64,000 bases of DNA, taken from Smithellaceae bacterium (lineage in GTDB: Bacteria > Desulfobacterota > Syntrophia > Syntrophales > Smithellaceae). Each line of letters begins with the position of its first letter. Position 1 is the stretch's first letter. The translations under genes and the position numbers were made by a program. Location: the NCBI GenBank assembly GCA_035448625.1, contig DAOTJI010000003.1, positions 14 to 64,013 of the forward strand. The letters run 5' to 3'. The notes below the pieces were generated by a model. That model made no database searches, was not told where the DNA came from, and saw nothing but the letters and a program-made list of their open reading frames with translations. Positions 42,781 through 57,549 of this stretch are shown piece after piece.

Positions 42781-43737
42781 ATGGCTGAAGATTATTATCA
42801 GGTACTGGGTGTTGATAAAAAGGCATCTCCGGAGGAGATCAAAAAAGCCTACCGGAAACTGGCCGTCAAGTGGCATCCGGACAAAAACCCCAACAACAAG
42901 GCGGCTGCCGAAGAGAAATTCAAAAAGATCAGTGAAGCCTACGCCGTTTTAAGCGATCCGGAAAAAAGGCAGAATTATGACAATTTCGGCTCCGCGGATC
43001 AGTTCCGCCAGCAATATTCACAAGAAGACATTTTCCGAGGCTTCGACCTCGACGAGATTCTGCGAAGTTTCGGATTCGGAGGACCCAGGGCAGGGGGGCG
43101 AACTACGTTTCGAACAGGAACGAGGCGCGGCGGATTTTCGGAATATGATGATCCGTTTGGCGGAATGTTCGGCGGCATGGGCGGTGCGGGCCACCGGTAT
43201 GACGATATGCCGCAAAAAGGACAGGATGCTGAATATAATCTTTCAATATCATTAGAAGAATCAGTTTTAGGCGCAGACAAGAAGATCTCGCTTCAAATGG
43301 AAAAGGGAGCGGAAAACATCAATGTCAAAATACCTCCCGGAATAAGCTCCGGAAAAAAGCTCAGGCTTCCCGGAAAGGGACTGCCCGGATACAACAACGG
43401 TCCAAACGGGGATCTGTACCTGAACATCAATGTTTTGCCCCATCCGATCTTTTCCCGAGACGGAAATGATCTTTATATCGAGAAAACCATTAAATTCTCA
43501 CAGGCGGCTCTCGGGACCACCATTGAAGTTCCGACGATCGACGGAAGCATGAAACGATTGAAGATCGCCCCCGGAACGCAAAATAATACCAAGATTCGGA
43601 TGAAGGGTTTTGGCGTACCGCTACTGAAGGAATCCCGAAAAGGGGATCAGTTCGTCAAAATCAATATTGAGGTTCCGAAAAAACTGACCGAAAAGCAGGC
43701 TAGATTGATTGAACAGCTTGCAACGGACGGAATCTAA
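42781..43737 (+). CDS. DnaJ-family co-chaperone without zinc finger (CbpA-like)
   Basis: J-domain with HPD (YYQVLGV...KWHPDKN), a G/F-rich region and DnaJ C-terminal domains. There are no CXXCXGXG repeats. Confidence 0.8.
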   Translation: MAEDYYQVLGVDKKASPEEIKKAYRKLAVKWHPDKNPNNKAAAEEKFKKISEAYAVLSDPEKRQNYDNFGSADQFRQQYSQEDIFRGFDLDEILRSFGFGGPRAGGRTTFRTGTRRGGFSEYDDPFGGMFGGMGGAGHRYDDMPQKGQDAEYNLSISLEESVLGADKKISLQMEKGAENINVKIPPGISSGKKLRLPGKGLPGYNNGPNGDLYLNINVLPHPIFSRDGNDLYIEKTIKFSQAALGTTIEVPTIDGSMKRLKIAPGTQNNTKIRMKGFGVPLLKESRKGDQFVKINIEVPKKLTEKQARLIEQLATDGI

Positions 43738-43787
43738 TTTTGTCGAGAGGCACCGATACGTAAACTCGTTATGTCCTATAATGTATG

Positions 43788-43801
43788 TTATGTTAACATA
43801 A
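43788..43801. repeat. 14-bp perfect palindrome TTATGTTAACATAA in an AT-rich convergent intergenic region
   Basis: Read directly from the sequence. It is symmetric about the TT|AA centre. Confidence 0.6.
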
Positions 43802-43911
43802 ACGTTCCAAGTGTCTTGGTGATCAGGTCGTCTTCGTCCAATCTACTCTCCGCTTCCAAATTAACAATTTTTTTCTTTAAAATTATCCGTTTGCTTGTTT
43901 TTGAAAGAATC

Positions 43912-44631
43912 TCAATCAAAATGGACAGCTCCTACTGCTCCCAAGTCATTCCCCGTAATAATCACGACTCCTAGCACGCCCGGTATTTTTATTCCATAAT
44001 TCAGAGCGTTCCGGATATCCTTGTTGGTTTTTACACGATTTCCGATGGAGGAAGCCGCCGCGTCCGCCAGTGTGGCAGATCGGGATAGAACACAAACCGC
44101 GTCGGCTTTCCCGAAGCTTAAAGACGGTCCGACCGTTGCAGATGATGTGCATATTCCCAAAGGTGTTTCTTCAGGTTTTACGAATAATTTGACTTTATAA
44201 CTTAAAGCAGATTCTCCGGCAAATACTCCGACGGTCAACCTCTCATTGGATTTCAAAAAAATGTCCCCTCCGTTTTCAACAATGAAACTATCCGTGAAGC
44301 CAGCCAGATCTCTTCCCACAAATTCCGCGATGGCGCCGGCAACGGAGGCCATGGGCCCTACTCCGCAGACGGTTGATTGTTCGATCATCTCCCTGACGAT
44401 CAAGGGTGCCAGGGGGTCCTGCGGAAAAGGAAGAAGCGTCGTGCAGAATTCCGGATTCCTGTGGATGTAGGATTCCAGGAAGTATCGATGTTGTCGAAGA
44501 GATTTTTCAGCAAGGTCAGCCAGGTTGGAGTCAGAACTTATCCAAAGGTCACTCTGGGCAATTTTTACACGATATGAAATAAGATTCTGTTGATTAATTA
44601 ATGATCTATATGTTCTTTCCTCATATATCAT
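43912..44631 (-). CDS. UPF0280 (ApbE-superfamily-like) protein
   Basis: It starts MIYEERTYR and contains ...CGVGPMASVAGAIAE..., matching my recollection of the UPF0280 family. The ATG at 44631 lies 1 nt after the dnaE stop. The track's alternative is the GTG at 44658. Confidence 0.6.
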   Translation of the reverse strand: MIYEERTYRSLINQQNLISYRVKIAQSDLWISSDSNLADLAEKSLRQHRYFLESYIHRNPEFCTTLLPFPQDPLAPLIVREMIEQSTVCGVGPMASVAGAIAEFVGRDLAGFTDSFIVENGGDIFLKSNERLTVGVFAGESALSYKVKLFVKPEETPLGICTSSATVGPSLSFGKADAVCVLSRSATLADAAASSIGNRVKTNKDIRNALNYGIKIPGVLGVVIITGNDLGAVGAVHFD

Positions 44632-44632
44632 A

Positions 44633-48100
<3,468 letters not shown>

Positions 48101-48106
48101 GTTTGA

Positions 48107-50044
<1,938 letters not shown>

Positions 50045-50048
<4 letters not shown>

Positions 50049-50500
50049 TTTCCATCCACTTTCCTGCTTTCGAGCAGAATCGTCACCGGTCCGTTGTTGG
50101 TGAGTTCGATTTTCATCATTTCCTGAAAAGCACCGGTGGCCAGTTTTACCGCCCGATTCCGGGCCTGACGGACAAAATAATCATACAGCGCTCTTGCTTT
50201 TTCCGGATCTTCCGCACGGCCGAACGACGGTCTGCGTCCTTTGGCGCAGTCGGCCAGCAGCGTAAACTGCGATACCACCATCAGTTCTCCTGAAATGTCG
50301 GCAAGCGAACGGTTCATTTTCCCCTGCTCATCCTCGAAAATGCGCAGATGCATCGTTTTTTCCAGAATGAAATCCGCTTCTTTCTCCGTATCTCCCTTCT
50401 CCACACCCAAAAACACCAACAGCCCCTGTTCCACGGCGGAAAATAGCTGAGAATGGATTCTGACGCAGGCTCGGTCGACTCTCTGAAGAACTGCTCGCAT
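50045..50500 (-). CDS. dtd: D-aminoacyl-tRNA deacylase
   Basis: MRAVLQRV is a canonical Dtd N-terminus, with SQFTL and a C-terminal NNGPVT motif (canonical Dtd GPVT). Confidence 0.85.
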
Positions 50501-50645
50501 GAGGCATCCCATTTAAAAGTTCGCGCATGTTAGCAACAATTTTCCGAGTGTTCAAGCTCTTTCTGCCGTAAAATATTCTTAAGGAAATCCGATGGCTTGT
50601 CCATGCTTTTGTAATCCACGCTCAGGTGTGCTACAAGAAGCATCC

Positions 50646-52034
50646 ATGAGCAAAAACCTTCTGCTGATCAACCCCTGGATTTATGATTTCGCAGCCTACG
50701 ATTTCTGGATGAAACCGCTGGGCCTTCTGTATCTGGGCGGACTGCTTAGGGCCAATCGCCACCGGGTTTCCTATATCGATTGCCTGAATCCCTATTCGGA
50801 GCCCATGCGGAATAAAACCGGCAGGTCGCCGAAGCGTCATGCCTACGGGCACGGCCGCTTCTTCCGGCAAGCCATTGAAAAGCCGCCGGCCCTTGAAGCG
50901 ATACCGCGCAGCTACTGCCGCTACGGAATGGATCCCGATCTCTTTCGCGCCCAGCTCAGGAGCTTCCCACAGACGGACATGGTGCTCGTCACGTCCATGA
51001 TGACCTACTGGTACCCGGGCGTTTTCGACACCATAAAAATCGTCCGGGAAATGCTGCCGGGCGTTCCGGTGGTTCTGGGCGGAAAATATGCCTCTCTCTG
51101 CCATGATCATGCCCTGGCAAAATCCGGCGCGGACTACGTGATTTACGGACGGGGTGAAAAAAAGGTTCTGGAGCTTTTGAAAAATGTATTCGGCGAGGAC
51201 ATCCTCTTCGACCCGGATGAAAATGATCTCGACGCCCTGCCCTATCCCGTGTTCGATCTCGCCGGCCGCTTGGACCAGGTTCCCCTGATCACTTCTTTGG
51301 GGTGCCCCTACCGCTGCAGCTACTGCTCCTCCCATTTGTTTTATGGCCGATACCGGAAGCGAAACCCCGGCAAAGTCGCGGACGAGATCGAATACTGGCA
51401 CCGTCATTTCGGCGTCCAGGATTTCAGCTTTTACGACGACGCGCTGCTCGTGGATCCCGAAAACATGATCGTTCCGCTGCTTCACGACCTTCGAAGACGA
51501 GGACTGTCCTGCCGGTTTCACTGCCCCAACGGTCTGCATGTCCGGGAAATCGACGCGTCGCTCGGCCGACTGCTCTTTGAATCCGGCTTTAAAACGATTC
51601 GTTTCGGCTTTGAAACGGCCAATTTCGAGGAGCAGCAGGAAACGGGGGGAAAGGTGCGAAATGATGACCTGCGCCGTGCGGTCGCGCATCTGAAAGAAGC
51701 AGGGTACAAAACACGGGACATCGGCGTTTATCTGTTGTGCGGCCTGCCGGACCAGAAAGCCAGGGATGTGGAAGAGAGCATCGATTTTGTCGTCCGTTGC
51801 GGTGCGAGGCCGGTACTGGCCGAATATTCGCCGATCCCCGGAACTCCCATGTGGCCTCAGGCCGTGGCCGCTTCCGTATTTGACATTCAGCGGGAACCTC
51901 TATATCATAACAACACGCTGTTGTGCTGCCGTAATCATGATTTCAGTGAAGAGGCTTACCGCAGGATGAAAACACGTATTCAGGCGCTGTCGAAAGAAAA
52001 CGGTTTTGTGAATGGAACTTCTGATTCGGATTAA
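50646..52034 (+). CDS. B12-binding-domain radical SAM protein (class B), function unknown
   Basis: N-terminal cobalamin-binding-like Rossmann region, then the CPYRCSYCS (CX3CX2C) radical SAM cluster motif. ATG at 50646. Confidence 0.8.
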   Translation: MSKNLLLINPWIYDFAAYDFWMKPLGLLYLGGLLRANRHRVSYIDCLNPYSEPMRNKTGRSPKRHAYGHGRFFRQAIEKPPALEAIPRSYCRYGMDPDLFRAQLRSFPQTDMVLVTSMMTYWYPGVFDTIKIVREMLPGVPVVLGGKYASLCHDHALAKSGADYVIYGRGEKKVLELLKNVFGEDILFDPDENDLDALPYPVFDLAGRLDQVPLITSLGCPYRCSYCSSHLFYGRYRKRNPGKVADEIEYWHRHFGVQDFSFYDDALLVDPENMIVPLLHDLRRRGLSCRFHCPNGLHVREIDASLGRLLFESGFKTIRFGFETANFEEQQETGGKVRNDDLRRAVAHLKEAGYKTRDIGVYLLCGLPDQKARDVEESIDFVVRCGARPVLAEYSPIPGTPMWPQAVAASVFDIQREPLYHNNTLLCCRNHDFSEEAYRRMKTRIQALSKENGFVNGTSDSD

Positions 52035-52248
52035 GAATATCGTCGTCTTTTTGCTGTCGGGATTTTTTCTGTTGTTCGGTGTTCTTCTTCTGAAGAGTTC
52101 CTTTCAGCTCGGCAACCCCCTGGAATTCGTGATGACGCTGTTTGCGGCCTCTTTCATGATTTTATTTTGCATCGCCGGCATTCTCTATGCCTATTTCCGT
52201 CTCTTTCCGGGAAAACCGGCCCACGAGGAAACCCATGAGGAAGAATAA
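52012..52248 (+). CDS. Small two-TM membrane protein (hypothetical)
   Basis: 78 aa with two hydrophobic helices and an acidic C-terminus (HEETHEEE). It overlaps the radical SAM gene end by 23 nt and the M16 gene start by 14 nt. Confidence 0.45.
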   Translation: MELLIRIKNIVVFLLSGFFLLFGVLLLKSSFQLGNPLEFVMTLFAASFMILFCIAGILYAYFRLFPGKPAHEETHEEE

Positions 52249-53749
52249 GTTCTGGATTGCTCTCGGACTGCTGATCCTGCTTTGCCAGGCTGCGCCTGCG
52301 CGGGCGGTGGACCTGGAGAAGAAAATTCTGAAGGCCAGGCTGCCCAACGGCCTGACCGTTCTGATGATGGAGCGCAAATTCAGCCCGACGGTTTCTCTCT
52401 ACATCCGTTACCGGGTGGGCGCCGTGGATGAAGCTCCGGGGCAGAGCGGAGCGGCCCATTTCCTGGAGCACATGATGTTCAAGGGAACGACGACCATCGG
52501 CGCGAAAAACTATCCCGCGGAAAAAAAGCTGCTTTCGAGCATCGAAAAAACCGGACAGGCGCTGGACCGCGAGCGTAAAAAGAAGGGTTCGGCCGATGCC
52601 CGGAGGATCCGGCGGCTGGAGACGCGGATGAAGAGGCTGCAGGAAAAGCACCTCCGGTCTTTCATTCCCAACGAAATTGACCGCCTCTACACGGAAAACG
52701 GCGGATCCGGGATGAACGCGGCAACCGGTCAGGACATGACCACCTACTACATCAACCTTCCCGCCAACAAAATCGAACTCTGGGCGCGCATTGAATCCGA
52801 CCGGCTCCTGCATCCCGTTTTCCGCCAGTTTTACACGGAGCGGGACGTCATTCTGGAGGAAAGAAGGCAGCGTGTGGAGGCCAGCCCCGACGGCAAACTC
52901 TTTGAAGCCTTTATGGGACGGGCCTACGCGACTCATCCCTACGGCATTCCCATCATCGGATTGCCCGGGGATCTGGCGTACCTGAGTCCGGCCGCGATCC
53001 GCGGCATCCACCGGAAATATCTGTCGCCGCAGCGGATCGTCATTGCCGTTGTCGGGGACATCGATCCTGCCAAAACGTTGGACATGATTCGCCGGTATTT
53101 CGGACGGATTCCGAATGCCGGCTCGCCCTCCCTCACGATTTCGGCCGAACCGGAGCAAAGCGCGGAGCGCAGAGTGGAGGTTTTATTCGATGCCAATCCG
53201 TCTCTGATTGTCGGCTACCACAAGCCGGCGCCGCCCGCCCAGGAAGATTACGTCTTCGAAGTCCTGGAGGCGATTTTAAGCAGGGGCCGAACCAGCCGTC
53301 TCTATGACCGACTGGTGATTCAGCGACAGATTGCCCAAAGCGTCAGCGCGATGAACGGCGTGCCCGCTGCGAGATATCCCAACCTTTTCGCCATCTTTGC
53401 GCGGCCGCGCCACCCCCATACAAACGATGAATTGCAGGCGGCCATCCTTGAGGAGATCGAGACCATCAAGACCCATTCCGTGACGGAAGAGGAACTGGCC
53501 CGGGCGAAAAACCAGCTGAAGATGGACTATATCAAAAGCCTCGATTCCAACTCCGACCTGGCCTCCATTCTTTCCTACACCGAACTGCTTCTGGGGGATT
53601 ACCGGCACTTTTCCGATTACCTCCCCCGGATTCAAAAGGTGACGTCCGGTGATGTTCAGGCGGCGGTCATGCGGTATCTGACGGCGGAAAACAGAACCGT
53701 TGCGGTTTTAAACCGGAAGCCCGCTCCCGGGAAAGGAGGAGCTCCATGA
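52235..53749 (+). CDS. M16-family zinc peptidase, catalytic subunit, secreted
   Basis: Signal peptide MRKNKFWIALGLLILLCQAAPARA. The inverted zinc motif HFLEH (HxxEH) is present. Confidence 0.8.
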   Translation: MRKNKFWIALGLLILLCQAAPARAVDLEKKILKARLPNGLTVLMMERKFSPTVSLYIRYRVGAVDEAPGQSGAAHFLEHMMFKGTTTIGAKNYPAEKKLLSSIEKTGQALDRERKKKGSADARRIRRLETRMKRLQEKHLRSFIPNEIDRLYTENGGSGMNAATGQDMTTYYINLPANKIELWARIESDRLLHPVFRQFYTERDVILEERRQRVEASPDGKLFEAFMGRAYATHPYGIPIIGLPGDLAYLSPAAIRGIHRKYLSPQRIVIAVVGDIDPAKTLDMIRRYFGRIPNAGSPSLTISAEPEQSAERRVEVLFDANPSLIVGYHKPAPPAQEDYVFEVLEAILSRGRTSRLYDRLVIQRQIAQSVSAMNGVPAARYPNLFAIFARPRHPHTNDELQAAILEEIETIKTHSVTEEELARAKNQLKMDYIKSLDSNSDLASILSYTELLLGDYRHFSDYLPRIQKVTSGDVQAAVMRYLTAENRTVAVLNRKPAPGKGGAP

Positions 53750-55170
53750 ACAAAGCTCTTTCCCCGGCGATTGGACTGCTGCTTGCGATGATTTTTTTTG
53801 TTGCTCCGACGATTTCCTCCGCGAAGTCTCCCTGGATTTCTCCGGATCAAATCCAGTACCCCCCACTGCAATTCCGAATGCCCGAGGCCGAGCGGATTAC
53901 GCTGAAAGACGGTATGGTTTTGTACCATCTGCAGGACGGCGCACTGCCTCTCGTTTCCCTGGCCGTGCTGGTGCGGACGGGGACTTTGTACGATCCCGCA
54001 GGCAAGGAAGGGCTGGCGGAGCTCACCGCCTTTCTCCTGCGCACGGGGGGAACGGCAAAACACCCGAGCGGTGAAATGGACCGGCGCCTGGATTTCCTGG
54101 CCGCTTCTCCATCCATTTCCATGTCGCTCGATTCCGCCTCCGTTCACTTCACTTTTTTGAAAAGCGACCTGGACGAATGCCTCGATCTTCTCTCCGAAAT
54201 GCTTCTGGAACCTGCCTTTGAAGAAAAAAAGATTCAAGAGGCGCTGGCGTTAAAAAAAGAGGAACTGAGGCGCACGGCGGACAACCCGCAGACACTGGCC
54301 TTTCGCGAATTCAACCGCCTTCTCTATCCCGGTGATCCGCGGGGACGCTACGCGACCATCGCCTCACTGAACAACCTATCCCGAGAGGATCTGGCAGCCT
54401 TTCACCGCCAATACTTTTCGCCGGCCAATATGATGCTGGCGGTGTCCGGCGACATCACGCGGGAAGAAGCCGTGAAGAAACTCGAAAAAGTATTCGGCCA
54501 TGCGAAGATCCCCCCGCGCGTTCAGGCTGTTCCGGAGGCTCCCCGACAGGGAGGCCGGGGCATTTTTCTCATCCGCAAGCCCTTGCCGCAATCTACGGTG
54601 GTCACCGGCGAACTGACGATCAGCAAGAATCACCCCGATTTTTACGCTTTCGAGGTTCTGGATTTCATCATCGGCAGCGGCGGTTTTTCTTCCCGGATTT
54701 TCAGCGCTGTCCGCAATCAGGAAGGTCTGGCCTACAGCGCCGGAAGTTTTTACCGCGCCCGTTCCAACTACGGCGTTTTCGGGACGTACGCCTTTACGAA
54801 AACGGCTTCCACTTTGCGAGCCGTCTCTCTGCTCGACGCTATCGTGAAAGATGCAGCGTCCGGGTCCATCACCCGGGCCGAACTGGACCGGGCGAAACGA
54901 TCCATCGTGAACAGCTTCATCTTCTCTTTTGAACAGCCCGGGCAGATTGCCTCCCAGCAAATGACGGTCGAATACGAGAAGCTGCCCAAGGATTACCTGG
55001 CGACCTACCGGGAAAAAATAGAAGCGGTGACGCTTGAAGACCTTCGCCGCGTTGCAGCGGCCTTTCTCAATGAAAACAGAAGGCTCACGCTGATCCTCGG
55101 CGACGCGGACCGGTTCGGCGCCTGGCCGGAAAACCGGCCGAAGCCCGAGCAGATCGATCCGCAGTACTGA
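53746..55170 (+). CDS. M16-family peptidase, non-catalytic partner subunit, secreted
   Basis: Has a signal peptide. The region equivalent to HxxEH reads LAELTAF, with no His. ATGA overlap with the upstream M16 gene. Confidence 0.8.
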   Translation: MNKALSPAIGLLLAMIFFVAPTISSAKSPWISPDQIQYPPLQFRMPEAERITLKDGMVLYHLQDGALPLVSLAVLVRTGTLYDPAGKEGLAELTAFLLRTGGTAKHPSGEMDRRLDFLAASPSISMSLDSASVHFTFLKSDLDECLDLLSEMLLEPAFEEKKIQEALALKKEELRRTADNPQTLAFREFNRLLYPGDPRGRYATIASLNNLSREDLAAFHRQYFSPANMMLAVSGDITREEAVKKLEKVFGHAKIPPRVQAVPEAPRQGGRGIFLIRKPLPQSTVVTGELTISKNHPDFYAFEVLDFIIGSGGFSSRIFSAVRNQEGLAYSAGSFYRARSNYGVFGTYAFTKTASTLRAVSLLDAIVKDAASGSITRAELDRAKRSIVNSFIFSFEQPGQIASQQMTVEYEKLPKDYLATYREKIEAVTLEDLRRVAAAFLNENRRLTLILGDADRFGAWPENRPKPEQIDPQY

Positions 55171-55181
55171 TTCGAGGTTTG

Positions 55182-56426
55182 ATGATGATTGACGAAGCCC
55201 TTTTTGAAAAAATCGTGAGCAGAATCGAAAGCTACCGACAGGAAATGATCGATCTGCAGAAGGCGCTGACGGCCGTCCCGGCCGTCGGTCCGGCAAACGG
55301 CGGAGTGGGTGAAATGCCCAAAGCCCGGACCCTGAAGAAGCGTCTGGCCGATCTGGGTTTTTCGGTTTTCCGGGATTTTGACGCGCCGGACCCTTCGGTT
55401 CCGGACGGACGCCGCCCGAACTTTCTGGTCTCTCTTCCGGGCAAGGATGATTCCCGCCGTATCTGGATCATCACCCATCTGGACATCGTCCCTCCGGGCG
55501 AGCCGGGTCTCTGGAGCGCCGATCCCTACCAAGCCTACGTAAAGGACGATTGCGTATACGGCCGCGGAACGGAAGACAATCAGCAGGACATGGTAGCCTC
55601 CATTTTTGCCGCCAGGGCTCTTCTGGAAGAGGGCATCGTGCCCTCCTCCACGGTCAATCTGCTGTTTGTGTCCGACGAGGAAACGTCCAGCGAAAAAGGC
55701 CTTCAGCATCTTCTCTCCCTGCCGCAAAAGCTTTTCAGGCCGGAGGATTGGATTGTGGCGCCTGACTCAGGCAATGCCGACGGTTCCCTGATTGAAGTCG
55801 CCGAAAAGGGCATTCTCTGGCTGGGCTTTAAAACCACCGGAAAACAGTGCCACGGCAGCAAACCTCAACTCGGCATCAACGCTTTTGCCGCCGCCTCCCG
55901 TCTCGTCGTTGAACTCGCGAGGCTGCGCGAAATTTTCGACGCCGCGGATCCGCTTTTTGATCCTCCCGTCAGCACCTTCGAACCCACGAAAAAAGAAGCC
56001 AACGTCGGCAATATCAACACGATTCCGGGTGAAGACGTCTTCTATATGGATTGCCGGATTCTGCCCCGGTACAGCCTCGACGACGTACTTTTCGAAATTG
56101 CAAACATCAATCGAAAAATGGAAAAGCAACATGGCGTAACGATCGAAGTATCCATTCATCAGCGCGTTGACCCCGCGCCTTTGACGCCTCCCGATTCGCC
56201 CGTTGTCCTCGCCCTGCAAAAGGCCGTGGGCCGCGTTTACCGCGTAAGGGCCTTTGCCGGAGGTGTCGGCGCGGGAACCGTCGCCGCGTATCTGAGGAAA
56301 CAGGGTCTGCCGGCGGCAGTCTGGTCAAAAACCAACATGAGGGCGCATCAGCCGGACGAATGCTGCCCCATCGACAACCTGACGGGCAACGCCAAGGTCT
56401 TCGCGCACCTGTTTTTGCAGGCGTAA
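55182..56426 (+). CDS. M20-family metallohydrolase (ArgE/DapE-like)
   Basis: About 414 aa with the pattern ITHLDIVPPG ... SDEETSS ... of M20 metal ligands. No signal peptide. Confidence 0.75.
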   Translation: MMIDEALFEKIVSRIESYRQEMIDLQKALTAVPAVGPANGGVGEMPKARTLKKRLADLGFSVFRDFDAPDPSVPDGRRPNFLVSLPGKDDSRRIWIITHLDIVPPGEPGLWSADPYQAYVKDDCVYGRGTEDNQQDMVASIFAARALLEEGIVPSSTVNLLFVSDEETSSEKGLQHLLSLPQKLFRPEDWIVAPDSGNADGSLIEVAEKGILWLGFKTTGKQCHGSKPQLGINAFAAASRLVVELARLREIFDAADPLFDPPVSTFEPTKKEANVGNINTIPGEDVFYMDCRILPRYSLDDVLFEIANINRKMEKQHGVTIEVSIHQRVDPAPLTPPDSPVVLALQKAVGRVYRVRAFAGGVGAGTVAAYLRKQGLPAAVWSKTNMRAHQPDECCPIDNLTGNAKVFAHLFLQA

Positions 56427-56553
56427 ATTGTATTGCAATAGCGGTATCTTAATGATAGAAACCCACCTCACGAAAAAAGGGCCATTGGCATTCCTCAATC
56501 CCGGGAATTCGGTTCGGCCATGGCGGAGATCAATCTTTTAGAGGCTGATTTTT

Positions 56554-57546
56554 TTGATAAAATCAACGAAAAGCGCGCCGGCGGAGAAGGTTTCCTTTGC
56601 GGATTCGAATCTGCTTCGGAATCTGTGCGGCGAACACGACCGGCATCTGAAACTCCTCGAAAAGCTTGAACCCGTCAAAATAAAGCCCTGGGGAAACACG
56701 CTTTCGATTTCCGGTGAAGAGAAGGCCGTCGCAATCGCTTCCGGCGTCATTCGGCAGCTATACGACCTGATGCTTAAAGGGTTGCACGTCGAACTCTCGG
56801 ATTTTGACTACGCCCACCGGATTCTCTCGGAAAACATCCATTTTGATCTGTCCCATGTTTTTCTGGACACGGTTTTCATCTCCTCCAAAAAGCGCGTCAT
56901 CGCGCCGAAAAGTATCGCCCAGCGACAGTATATCGACGCCATGAGAAGCGCCGACATGGTGCTGGCCATCGGGCCGGCCGGCACGGGAAAAACATACCTG
57001 GCCATGGCGATGGCCGTTTCCTGCCTTCTGGAAAGAAAAGTCCAGCGGATCATTCTGACCCGTCCCGCCGTAGAGGCGGGCGAACGGCTGGGTTTTTTAC
57101 CGGGAGATCTGGCCGAGAAAGTGAACCCTTACCTCCGTCCTCTGTATGACGCGCTTTACGACATGGTGGACATGGAAAAAGCGGGAGCCCTGATCGGCAA
57201 GGGCCTCATCGAGGTTGCGCCGCTCGCGTTCATGCGCGGCCGGACGCTGAACGATTCTTTCATCATTCTGGATGAAGCCCAGAACACCACATCGGAGCAG
57301 ATGAAAATGTTTCTGACGCGCCTGGGGTTTCGTTCCAAAGCGGTCGTCACCGGCGACATCACCCAGATTGATCTGCCGACGGAAAGATCCTCCGGCCTGG
57401 TCGAGGCCGCGTCCGTTCTCCGTAAAATACCGACCGTCCGCATCGTTCATTTTTCACAGGTTGACGTGGTCCGCCATCCTCTGGTGGCCGATGTGATTTC
57501 CGCATACGCTTCCTGGGAAAACGAAAACAAGAACAAAAAAAATTAA
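56554..57546 (+). CDS. phoH: PhoH-family ATPase
   Basis: Walker A GPAGTGKTY and the Walker B-like motif FIILDEAQN. TTG start; the 5' end is uncertain. Confidence 0.85.
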   Translation: MIKSTKSAPAEKVSFADSNLLRNLCGEHDRHLKLLEKLEPVKIKPWGNTLSISGEEKAVAIASGVIRQLYDLMLKGLHVELSDFDYAHRILSENIHFDLSHVFLDTVFISSKKRVIAPKSIAQRQYIDAMRSADMVLAIGPAGTGKTYLAMAMAVSCLLERKVQRIILTRPAVEAGERLGFLPGDLAEKVNPYLRPLYDALYDMVDMEKAGALIGKGLIEVAPLAFMRGRTLNDSFIILDEAQNTTSEQMKMFLTRLGFRSKAVVTGDITQIDLPTERSSGLVEAASVLRKIPTVRIVHFSQVDVVRHPLVADVISAYASWENENKNKKN

Positions 57547-57549
57547 AAA

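Noticed and set aside
43771-43974. A 67-aa ORF (MSYNVCYVNINVPSVLVIRSSSS...) in the AT-rich gap after the CbpA-like gene.
   Set aside because: It has no RBS and a low-complexity, odd composition. Its 3' part overlaps the UPF0280 gene on the opposite strand. It is most likely non-coding.
50513-50645. I looked for a cobalamin riboswitch in front of the B12-binding radical SAM gene.
   Set aside because: The region is only 133 nt long and lacks anything resembling the conserved B12-box or the multi-stem core. A plain promoter (TTCAAG-N17-TATTCT) explains it.
56500-56523. A cluster of 6-bp restriction-type palindromes (CCCGGG, GAATTC, CCATGG) upstream of phoH that looks superficially like a cloning polylinker.
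   Set aside because: The flanks show no vector-like sequence, the context is a normal intergenic region, and short GC-rich palindromes are common in this composition. I treat it as coincidence.
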